A stretch of 63,965 nucleotides of DNA, counting the filler. It is 4 parts of 4 records of this genome, joined end to end, with 100 filler letters (N's around TTAATTAATTAA, not from the genome) between each part and the next. Parts side by side here need not be neighbours in the genome. Positions count along the whole stretch, not along the records: positions 1 to 29,680 come from DRR378314_1754; 3 more parts are not named here. The stretch is one strand, 5' to 3'. Shown one piece after another: positions 1 to 9,661 of this stretch. Numbering within the stretch: position 1 is the first letter of the stretch; each line of letters opens with the position of its first letter. A model generated the notes under the pieces. The model had not been told where the DNA came from and did not search any database. It saw only the letters and a list, made by a program, of their open reading frames with translations. The position numbers and the translations under genes are program-made.

Positions 1-74
1 CACATAGGCGCTGCCTTACCTAAATCCCAAACAGACTGCTGTAAATTTAACCTTTAAAGGTAAACAGACCCTAA
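1..74. repeat. Right end of an interspersed MITE-like repeat (Pseudoalteromonas/Vibrio-type, ends AACAGACCC-TAA), truncated by the window start
   Basis: Non-coding. CATAGGCGCTGCCTTACCTAAATCCCAAACAGACTGCTG...AAAGGTAAACAGACCCTAA resembles, from recall, the terminus of a multicopy element bounded by TTAGGGTCTGTT...AACAGACCCTAA. Copy number cannot be checked here. Confidence 0.5.
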
Positions 75-213
75 TACTGTCGTCATTATCAGTTAGGTAA
101 TTATAAATACGTAGGTTTTATAATTTGAGCACCTTGGTTACATTTAAAATAGCCTCCAAGCCTTGTGTTTATGGGGATCTTGAACAACACTTGATCTATT
201 CCTTCATCATTCT

Positions 214-1953
214 GTGCGAACCATGGCAATTAAATTGAAAAATCTACGAGTAAATATGCTCAGTATTTATATTGCTGTTTGCTTAGTGTTTATTTGTGTA
301 TTTAACCTCTTATTGGGTGACGTTTTGCATCAGAAGGTGCATGTAGCAGGAGTAAAGCTTGCCCAGCAGGTTTATGATTTAAAGCTAGATATGGTTGTAA
401 ACAAAGAAGTCATTGGTGCATTAGTAAATGCACATGGTTTTATGCTTGAGCCCGAGGGTAATTCTACGCCGCTCTACTTTTCTGCTTTGATGGGTGAAAA
501 AAGTGACATATTTAATTATAAAAATATTAGTTTGAGGCTTTACCATAGGCCTTATTGGGTCGTTGAAAGCTACATATTTATATTATTTAATTTGGTTATC
601 ATTGGTGCAATAATGTGGGGGTATCGCTGGTGGAAGATGCTTTATAAACGTTATGAAAGTAACTTTGCACAAGCAACCAGGGCTTCCTCTCAACGTTTAC
701 CAAACAATAGTCGTGTAGGTAGTAACAAAAGTCACGAAGAGGGGGCGAGTAGTGTACCTAAGACAATCAAAGATGATGAAATTGAAAAGTTGTATTACAT
801 ACAGCAAGGTAATTACCATTTATTCGCACTGTTTTATTGGGGCTACCCTTTTCCAGAGAATATCGACTTAGAAAGCCATTTTAAATTGGTTATTGCTAAA
901 GGGTTTGGTGAACTTCCTAAAGTTTCAGTTAAACTGCTTAAATCAGGTGGGTTGGCGATTACTTTACAGGGTATACCGCAATCAAAGTTAGACAGTTATA
1001 CACATAAGCTGCATCAAGTGATTTATCAGGCTTCATTATTCTACCGTCAAGATTTGTCGCGAAAAAATATTAAATTAGGTGTATGCAATTATAGGTTAGG
1101 TGCAGATCAATCTGTTGTTTATCAACTTACTAAATCCGCTTTAGAGCAAGCTAAGCAAAGCCCATGGCGGCATACAATGCGGATACCTTTTAGTCATACT
1201 CATTTTGAAGTATTAAAAAGTAGCAGCAAAGATTTACCAGAGTACATAGCAAAGAAAAAATTCACTCTATTTTTTCAGCCTCTTTTTGATTTGAATACAG
1301 GGGAAATGCTACAACATGAGGCTCTGATAAGAATTAGACATAAATCGTTAGGATTATTATCTGCCAGACAGTTCATTCCTCATTTAAAAACCGATACTTC
1401 AATCATGCAGTTGGATATTACGGTTATTGAACACGTGATATCTATCCTAAACAAAGAGCCTTCACAGTTGGTTGTAAGTATTAACTTACATTCACAAAAC
1501 TGGGTAAACCGACGGTTTTGGAAGCAGTTTGCACAGACTATCAGTACATTTAAAGATGCTCAGAAACTCCAGTTTGAGATTTCAGCAGAGGACTTTAAAC
1601 AGTTTAAAGCTGAGCTTACACCTGCTTTTGAGCAGATTACCGCGATAAATGCATCAATTGTCATTGATAATATTCTTACCAGTGATGAGTTTGCATCTTT
1701 AACGTCGTTTAAGCTACTCAGAGGGTTAAAGCTTGGCTACGAGCTGATGCACAATATTGATAAGCATTTAAAGCAACAGCGTACTGTTCAAGACATTGTT
1801 GCTAAAGGTGAGCAGCTTAATCTTGGTGTTTATGGCGTGGGTGTGGAAACGCAACAAGAACTAAATACGTTAAAAAACCTAGGCGTAAGAGCTGCGCAAG
1901 GTTTTTATTTTACGGAACCATTGCAAGAGTTCACTCAAGCAACACTTTACTAA
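214..1953 (+). CDS. CsrD-like membrane protein with degenerate GGDEF-like region and EAL domain
   Basis: Two N-terminal TM segments. The EAL domain has FFQP..HEALIR, SINL, FEI, GVET and QGFYF, but IVIDN replaces DDFG. No GGDEF motif. Sits upstream of mreB, as csrD does in gammaproteobacteria. Confidence 0.7.
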   Translation: MRTMAIKLKNLRVNMLSIYIAVCLVFICVFNLLLGDVLHQKVHVAGVKLAQQVYDLKLDMVVNKEVIGALVNAHGFMLEPEGNSTPLYFSALMGEKSDIFNYKNISLRLYHRPYWVVESYIFILFNLVIIGAIMWGYRWWKMLYKRYESNFAQATRASSQRLPNNSRVGSNKSHEEGASSVPKTIKDDEIEKLYYIQQGNYHLFALFYWGYPFPENIDLESHFKLVIAKGFGELPKVSVKLLKSGGLAITLQGIPQSKLDSYTHKLHQVIYQASLFYRQDLSRKNIKLGVCNYRLGADQSVVYQLTKSALEQAKQSPWRHTMRIPFSHTHFEVLKSSSKDLPEYIAKKKFTLFFQPLFDLNTGEMLQHEALIRIRHKSLGLLSARQFIPHLKTDTSIMQLDITVIEHVISILNKEPSQLVVSINLHSQNWVNRRFWKQFAQTISTFKDAQKLQFEISAEDFKQFKAELTPAFEQITAINASIVIDNILTSDEFASLTSFKLLRGLKLGYELMHNIDKHLKQQRTVQDIVAKGEQLNLGVYGVGVETQQELNTLKNLGVRAAQGFYFTEPLQEFTQATLY

Positions 1954-1961
1954 AATTATGT

Positions 1962-2858
1962 TTATATGAGTTGTCGATATCGTAATCCATCCAATCCTTG
2001 GAGGCCGCCAGTGTGGATTGCGACAATTTTACTCCCAGATGCAAAGAAGCCTTGTTCAATTAGCTGCCATAATGCATACATCATTTTCCCTGAGTAAATA
2101 GGTTCAAGCGGTAGTATATGAGCGGTGCGCATTGACTCACAAAACTGCCATAAGTGCTGACTAAACCTTCCGTATCCGCCGTCATGGTAATCACACAGTA
2201 GTTGCCAATTAGTTTGGCTATTTGCTTTTTTGCTCAGTGCTTTTATTTCATTAATTAAATACTCAGCTTGCTTCAAAACAGCGATACCCATTACATGTGT
2301 ATTTGGGGAGGCGCCTTCTATCAATCCAGCAAGCGTGCCACCACTTCCCGTTGGACAAATTATATAATCACTGTGTGGTAATGATTCTGCCAGTTCTCTA
2401 CAACCTAATAAAGCGGCCTCATTTGTGCCCCCCTCAGGAAGTAAGTAGGCATGTGGAAATCGTGTTTGCAATGCGGTTAAATAATCATGTTTATGGCGTT
2501 CGCGGTACTCTAAACGTGTCACTGGGTGTAGATGCATACCTGCTTGTTGAGCAAATTGTAAGGTTGGGTTATTTAAATCAAGTTCAGGACCACGAATGAT
2601 TCCGTGTGTTTTGAAATTAAATTCTTTTCCGGCCGCAGCACAGGCATGGATATGATTTGAGAAGGCCCCTCCAAAAGTCACTAATTCGCTTTTCCCTTGA
2701 GTACGCATACTAATTAAATTGTATTTTAATTTACGCCACTTGTTGCCACTGATCAGCGGGTGCAGAAGATCATCACGCTTTATGTGCAAGGTAAGATTTT
2801 GTTTGAGCAATATTGGGCTTGTTATTTGTTGTAGTGGGGACTCGGAAATTGAATACAC
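1962..2858 (-). CDS. PLP-dependent D-cysteine desulfhydrase / ACC deaminase family protein
   Basis: KRDDL..SGNKWRKL (PLP Lys), GGAFSNH, GSGGTLAG, LEPIYSGK and IHTGG motifs. GTG at 2858 preferred over TTG at 2897. Confidence 0.9.
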   Translation of the reverse strand: MYSISESPLQQITSPILLKQNLTLHIKRDDLLHPLISGNKWRKLKYNLISMRTQGKSELVTFGGAFSNHIHACAAAGKEFNFKTHGIIRGPELDLNNPTLQFAQQAGMHLHPVTRLEYRERHKHDYLTALQTRFPHAYLLPEGGTNEAALLGCRELAESLPHSDYIICPTGSGGTLAGLIEGASPNTHVMGIAVLKQAEYLINEIKALSKKANSQTNWQLLCDYHDGGYGRFSQHLWQFCESMRTAHILPLEPIYSGKMMYALWQLIEQGFFASGSKIVAIHTGGLQGLDGLRYRQLI

Positions 2859-3117
2859 GGTTTTATCTTTGAATAAAATGATACACAAGGCTAGCAAAAT
2901 AATTATCTATAAGAAAATGATTCATAACATACGCATTAAAATGATGATTTTCATTGAATGAAATGGTTATTTACTAGCATGATGGATGGTAATAGTTGTA
3001 AACTCAGATAATTTTTGAACAAAGCTTGTGTTTTGCCTTGCAAGTACATAGCATAAGAGTTTAATTATAAAAAATAAATAATGACCAAATAATTGCCGCT
3101 TTTTGGGAATGGAATAT

Positions 3118-5124
3118 ATGCGAATTGCTCCTTTATCTCTGTTAATTTCAGCAAGTTTGTTTGCATCGTGTGCATTTGCACAAGATACAGCAACCGTTTC
3201 TGGAATTGAATCTGAGATCAGTATTAAACAAGCTGAATACGATAACTCTACACAAATACTTGAAAAACACTTAAAAGAAGAAAGTCAGTTACAAAGCCAA
3301 CTTGATTTATTACGTGCTCGCTCAGCTGAGTTAGACAAAGAGAAAAACCAAGCGCTTGATGCGATGAATGAAATGTATCGTCGTCTGATCGACGATCCTA
3401 CTATTGATATTAGTACTGCTCAGGCGCGTTACCAGCAAGCCGTTGTTGATCATAAACAAAATAAAGATGACATCGCGATGCAGTTAGCGGCAATTGCATC
3501 ACATCGTAAAGATATTGAGCAAATTCGTGTAGCTAAACATACTCAGTTAAATACCCTCGAAAGCTTGAAAGAGCAACTAACAACAGCACGTGTTGAACGA
3601 TTAAGAAATGAGTTTACTCGTGAAGGTACGCTTGAGGTTGATCATACAATTAACTGTAAGCGCACTGAAACGCTGGCAGCCTGTGAACAACGCGGTCAAC
3701 AAATGGGCTTGCAAAAAGCTACAAAACGCTTCATTGATCAAATTTTTGCCAACCTGACGGAAGAACGTCTAGTTGAACCTAAACGCAATATGGCTGGCGC
3801 TCAAGTACAAATTATTAGTAGTCATGTTGTAAATAGTGCATTTAGTGGTCAAGGTAATTATAACGTTAACCTGAGCGTGACTATGCGTGGCGATGTAAAC
3901 AGTAGCCGTTTATGCAACTTATTGAGTGTTGATAACCGTTATTGCTCAGAGTACGGTACTCCACTAAGCACAGCTTACCAAGCAAGCTACGGAACAGGGT
4001 TTTACGATAGTCAGTTAACATTCAGTGATACTCAGGATAATACCGTTTCTGTATCGCGTATGAGCCAACAGCCTGTTAGGGATTACGCTGTAAAGCCAGC
4101 AACGAATGCAAACTCGCTTGTTGTTGATAATACGAAGAACAAAATGGTCGAGCTGACATTACGTTCAAATGTGTACGATGACGAAGTGTTTATTGATGGA
4201 GTGAGTTTTGGCTCGACACGACTATCAACGTCGTTACCACGTGGGCTTCATGATATTGAAGTGCGTAAGCAAGGGTATAAACCTTACCGTGTTAGGATTG
4301 ATTTACGAAAGGCACACACGATAAACGCCAAGTTAGTAAAAAAGCCTGAGTCGATTGCTGCACCGACCTTCACCAGAGAGCAAAGCAATAAATCGATAAA
4401 TAGCACGTCGAGCGCTGCTGTTGTTGTGATCCCAGCTGGTACGTTCAAAATGGGCGATATTAACGGTAACGGCTTAGCAAACGAGCGCCCGGTGGTCGAA
4501 AAAACGATTGAAAACTCTTTTGCTATGCAAAGCAAAGAAGTGACCGTGGGTGAGTACCAAAAGTTTGTATCGAGCACAGGTTATAAAACCGAGGCTGAAC
4601 TTAATCGTGGCTGCGCTTATTACCTTAATGGTGAACCTGTATGGGAAGTGAGCTTAAATTGGCGTAATCCAGGGTTTGAGCAAGAAAGTAATTTCCCAGC
4701 GGTGTGCTTAACTTACAATGATGCTAAAGCTTACGCTGATTGGTTATCGGGTGAGACTGCCCAACAATATCGTTTACCTAGTGAGATTGAGTGGGAATAT
4801 GCTGCTCGCTCAGGTACAACAACAGAATACCCTTGGGGTAATGAAATTGGTAAAAACCTAGCTAATTGTGGTTGGTGTGGCAGTGAATGGTCAAACCGCA
4901 GCGCAGCGCCTGTAGGTTCGTTTTCGCCTAACGCGTTTGGCTTGTACGATACGGTAGGAAATGTATGGGAATGGACTCATAAATCATCGGGTCAATCAGA
5001 CGTAACAGTGCGTGGCGGTGCATGGAATTTTGCTCCAAGCCTTGCCAGAGCAGCAACACGTTTGATTTTAGCACCTGATTTTCGTGCAAATTACATTGGT
5101 TTTCGCTTAGTACGAGAACGATAA
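3118..5124 (+). CDS. Secreted coiled-coil + PEGA + SUMF1/FGE-sulfatase-fold protein
   Basis: Signal peptide (AFA/QD), about 150-aa heptad-rich region, PEGA-like VFIDG..G.H.IEVRK.GY, FGE-fold motifs F.MG, EVTV.EY, RLPSE.EWEYAAR, N.FGLYD.GNVWEW, RGGAW, GFRLVR. Start could be 3109 or 3118. Confidence 0.85.
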   Translation: MRIAPLSLLISASLFASCAFAQDTATVSGIESEISIKQAEYDNSTQILEKHLKEESQLQSQLDLLRARSAELDKEKNQALDAMNEMYRRLIDDPTIDISTAQARYQQAVVDHKQNKDDIAMQLAAIASHRKDIEQIRVAKHTQLNTLESLKEQLTTARVERLRNEFTREGTLEVDHTINCKRTETLAACEQRGQQMGLQKATKRFIDQIFANLTEERLVEPKRNMAGAQVQIISSHVVNSAFSGQGNYNVNLSVTMRGDVNSSRLCNLLSVDNRYCSEYGTPLSTAYQASYGTGFYDSQLTFSDTQDNTVSVSRMSQQPVRDYAVKPATNANSLVVDNTKNKMVELTLRSNVYDDEVFIDGVSFGSTRLSTSLPRGLHDIEVRKQGYKPYRVRIDLRKAHTINAKLVKKPESIAAPTFTREQSNKSINSTSSAAVVVIPAGTFKMGDINGNGLANERPVVEKTIENSFAMQSKEVTVGEYQKFVSSTGYKTEAELNRGCAYYLNGEPVWEVSLNWRNPGFEQESNFPAVCLTYNDAKAYADWLSGETAQQYRLPSEIEWEYAARSGTTTEYPWGNEIGKNLANCGWCGSEWSNRSAAPVGSFSPNAFGLYDTVGNVWEWTHKSSGQSDVTVRGGAWNFAPSLARAATRLILAPDFRANYIGFRLVRER

Positions 5125-5133
5125 ATATTCTTG

Positions 5134-5156
5134 AAAGGAAGCAATGCTTCCTTTTT
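5134..5156 (+). terminator. Rho-independent terminator
   Basis: AAAGGAAGC-AAT-GCTTCCTTT stem-loop followed by a T-run, just after the stop at 5124. Confidence 0.75.
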
Positions 5157-5227
5157 GCTAATTTACCTAGCTAATGATGCTTTTGATTGCTGAACAAACT
5201 CAGCGTGTTAAAGTGACTAATAGCTAA

Positions 5228-6303
<1,076 letters not shown>

Positions 6304-6304
<1 letters not shown>

Positions 6305-7146
6305 TGAAGTTAATGTTTGGACGTACGATTTCATTGCAACTGCGACTTTTTGTCGCAGTGCTTTTGAGTATCGTGTTGATAGTTGGCGATAAGTATACCG
6401 AAGGTAGTACAACGGTACGCACCAGTTTAAATACACTTGTCAGCCCATTAATTTATCTTGCCAACTTACCTTATGAAGTATTTAGTTTTGGTGCTAAAAG
6501 CTTACAAACTCGTGAGCAACTATTAAGCGAAAATGAAGCGCTTAAACAAAAGCAGTTGTTACAAAGTGAGCAGTTACAACAATACCAATTTTTAACGAAA
6601 GAAAATCAGAAACTAAGAGCACTACTAGGCTCTTCAGCAAAGCAAGCCAACCGAAAAATTATCGCCCAAATACTATCGGTGCATTCAAACCCGTATAGCC
6701 ACCAAGTGGTGATTAACCGAGGCGCAATCGATGGTTTAAGTGAAGGGCAGGCGGTAATTGATGAAATGGGGGTTGTTGGCCAATTAACGAAGGTTGGGTC
6801 AACAACGTCTCGTGTGTTGTTGATGACGGACACGACTCATGCTACACCGGTGCGTATTTTACGTAATGAAGTGCGCACTGTGGTTGAAGGTATGGGCAAG
6901 ATAAATCAAGTTAAATTGTCGCATGTTCCTCATAGTTTAGATGTTCGCATAGGTGATGTGTTGGTGACATCAGGATTGGGTGGCACATTTCCTGAGGGTT
7001 ACCCCGTTGCCATTGTTACAGAAATCAACCGTGATGAAGGCAGTCCTTTTGCTCAAGTATACGCTGAGCCTGTAGCTCAACTTGATCGTATCCGTTTATT
7101 GGTTGTTTTATGGCGTCAGCAGCAGGAGATTATTAGCAGTGAATAG
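6304..7146 (+). CDS. mreC: Rod shape-determining protein MreC
   Basis: N-terminal TM, coiled coil, VTSGLGG.FPEGYPV; translationally coupled to mreB. Confidence 0.97.
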
Positions 7147-7618
7147 CCGTCATAGCTTTTTGATCGGAGTGAGTATTTTCTTTGCTTTGATTATGTCGCT
7201 AATGCCTCTGCCTTTTTCATTTGAACCGTTTCGCCCAGATTGGGTGTTGTTGGTTTTAATGTATTGGTCATTAGCGGTTCCTCATCGATTAAATATTGGT
7301 ACAGCCTGGGTTGTTGGTTTATTGATTGATTTAGCGTCGGGTTCGCCGTTGGGTGTCAATTCACTCACCTTTTCTATTTGTATTTTTGTTACTGCTAGTA
7401 ACTTTCAAAAAATTCGCAATTTTTCCATTTGGCAACAAGCTATTTTAGTGGGTTTATTCTTAATGTTTTACCATCTCATGCAATTTTGGCTAAATCATTT
7501 TTTAATGGACGTTTATTTTAACCCGCAGTATTTATGGCCCGTCGTTACAGGCATGCTAAGTTGGCCTTGGATTTTCTTATTATTACGCAAGTATCGTCGC
7601 CATTTCAGGATTAGATAA
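7139..7618 (+). CDS. mreD: Rod shape-determining protein MreD
   Basis: Hydrophobic, RPDW.LL.L.YW motif. GTG at 7139 follows an AGGAG RBS; the ORF-track start at 7082 is too early. Confidence 0.95.
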   Translation: MNSRHSFLIGVSIFFALIMSLMPLPFSFEPFRPDWVLLVLMYWSLAVPHRLNIGTAWVVGLLIDLASGSPLGVNSLTFSICIFVTASNFQKIRNFSIWQQAILVGLFLMFYHLMQFWLNHFLMDVYFNPQYLWPVVTGMLSWPWIFLLLRKYRRHFRIR

Positions 7619-8187
7619 TGCAAAGTGCAATTTATTTAGCGTCGGCTTCTCCGCGGCGCAAAGAGCTGCTAACGCAGCTTGGTTATGAGTTTTCACAATT
7701 TAGTGTAGATGCAGATGAAAGCCAATTAGCTGACGAGTCTGCTGTTGACTATGTTGAGCGTTTAGCACGTCTTAAAGCGCAAACAGGTGTTGCGATGGGT
7801 TATACTGATCGCCCTGTTCTTGGCAGTGATACAGTTGTCGTTATTGATGGGCAAGCGCTTGGAAAACCAACTGATAAAGCTGATTTTATAACTACGATGC
7901 AGCACCTATCTAATCGAACACACCAGGTGTTAACGGCCATTGCATTTGCCACTCCAAACGATGTTATAAGCCAAGTAATTCAAACCGAAGTCACTTTTAA
8001 ATCATTAAGTAACGATGAGCTAGAAAGTTATTGGCAAAGTGGCGAGCCAAAGGATAAAGCCGGCGGGTATGGAATTCAGGGGTTAGGAGGACGGTTTGTA
8101 ACACATATTTCAGGTAGCTATTTTGCCGTAGTGGGCTTACCTTTATATGAGTGCGATAGATTATTAAGTGAATTTTTAAGTAGGTAA
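7618..8187 (+). CDS. maf: Maf/YhdE nucleoside triphosphate pyrophosphatase
   Basis: LASASPRRKELL, GSDTVV and DKAGGYGIQG motifs; conserved position after mreD. Confidence 0.96.
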   Translation: MQSAIYLASASPRRKELLTQLGYEFSQFSVDADESQLADESAVDYVERLARLKAQTGVAMGYTDRPVLGSDTVVVIDGQALGKPTDKADFITTMQHLSNRTHQVLTAIAFATPNDVISQVIQTEVTFKSLSNDELESYWQSGEPKDKAGGYGIQGLGGRFVTHISGSYFAVVGLPLYECDRLLSEFLSR

Positions 8188-8188
8188 C

Positions 8189-9661
8189 ATGAGTATAGAA
8201 TTACTAATTAACGTCACCCCAAGTGAAAGTCGTGTTGCCCTCATCGAGAACGGCGTCCTGCAAGAAATTCAGCTCGAGCGTATAGGTAATTTGGGCATTG
8301 TTGGCAATATTTATCTTGGCAAAATAAGTCGTGTACTTCCGGGTATGCAAGCTGCATTTGTAGATATAGGCCTTGAAAAAGCGGCTTTTTTACATGCTTC
8401 AGATATTGTTAATAGCGCTTCAATCATTGAAGGTGTGGATGAGCAGCCAGTTAAAAAAGTCCAAGATATTCGCGAATTAGTGCGCCAAGGACAATATATT
8501 ATGGTGCAAGTGGTTAAAGATCCCCTAGGAACAAAAGGTGCACGCTTAACCACCGATATCACCATTCCATCTCGCTATTTAGTCTTTATGCCTGATGCAA
8601 CCCATGTTGGGGTGAGCCAGCGCATTGAAACAGAAGAAGAACGCAGTCGTTTGAAGCATATTGTTGCAGACTATTCAGATGAAAATGGTAGCTTTATTGT
8701 GCGTACAGCCGCTGAAGGTGCCAGTGAGGCGGAGTTACGCCATGATGCAGCATTTTTAAAAAAGCTGTGGGAAAAAATAGTCACTAAACGCAAAAAAACC
8801 AGTAAAGAAAGTATTCTGCACGAAGATTTAACGTTAGCATTTCGTACGCTAAGAGATTACGTTGGCGAAGACATGGAGCGTATTCGGGTTGATTCTAAAT
8901 TGACATACCATGAGCTTAAAGCATTCACAGAAGAATTTGTGCCTATTCTTGCGGGCGCGCTTGAATACTACCCTGGTGAGCGACCTATCTTTGACTTGTT
9001 TGATGTTGAAAATGAAATTCAAAAAGCCTTACACAGAAAGGTTGAGCTCAAGTCAGGTGGTTATTTAATTATTGACCAAACAGAGGCAATGACGACTGTC
9101 GACGTTAACACAGGCGCATTTGTTGGCCACCGTAACCTTGAAGAAACTATTTTTAATACTAATGTTGAAGCAACATCAGCTATTGCGCGCCAGCTTAGGT
9201 TACGAAACTTAGGTGGCATAATTATTATCGATTTCATCGATATGATCAGTGAAGAGCATAAGCGCAGAGTGTTACATTCACTTGAATCTGCGCTTGGCAA
9301 AGATCGCGCTAAATCAAATATAAATGGCTTATCGGCTCTGGGTTTAGTTGAAATGACTCGTAAGCGAACCCGCGAAAGCTTAGAGCATATACTATGTGAT
9401 GTATGTCCTGCCTGTTCAGGACGTGGCTCGCAAAAAACAGTTGAAACGGTGTGTTACGAGATCCTACGAGAAATCGTACGTGTAAACCGTGCTTATGCAG
9501 CCGATAAATTTATGGTTTATGCTGCTCCAGCGGTAAGTGAAGCCTTGATAAACGATGAATATCATAACCTTGCTGAGCTTGAGTTATTTATTGGTAAGCA
9601 AGTGAGTATTCAAACTGAGAGTCTTTACAGTCAAGAGCAGTTCGATGTGGTTATGATGTAA
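8189..9661 (+). CDS. rng: Ribonuclease G
   Basis: S1 domain (GNIYLG..RVLPGMQAAFVDIG), TTVDVNTG, LRNLGGIIIIDFIDM, CPAC Zn link. Confidence 0.98.
   Translation: MSIELLINVTPSESRVALIENGVLQEIQLERIGNLGIVGNIYLGKISRVLPGMQAAFVDIGLEKAAFLHASDIVNSASIIEGVDEQPVKKVQDIRELVRQGQYIMVQVVKDPLGTKGARLTTDITIPSRYLVFMPDATHVGVSQRIETEEERSRLKHIVADYSDENGSFIVRTAAEGASEAELRHDAAFLKKLWEKIVTKRKKTSKESILHEDLTLAFRTLRDYVGEDMERIRVDSKLTYHELKAFTEEFVPILAGALEYYPGERPIFDLFDVENEIQKALHRKVELKSGGYLIIDQTEAMTTVDVNTGAFVGHRNLEETIFNTNVEATSAIARQLRLRNLGGIIIIDFIDMISEEHKRRVLHSLESALGKDRAKSNINGLSALGLVEMTRKRTRESLEHILCDVCPACSGRGSQKTVETVCYEILREIVRVNRAYAADKFMVYAAPAVSEALINDEYHNLAELELFIGKQVSIQTESLYSQEQFDVVMM

Noticed and set aside
4400..5124. FGE/C-type-lectin fold as a diversity-generating retroelement target
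   Set aside because: No second copy of the 3' region (template repeat) and no reverse transcriptase or avd gene in the contig.
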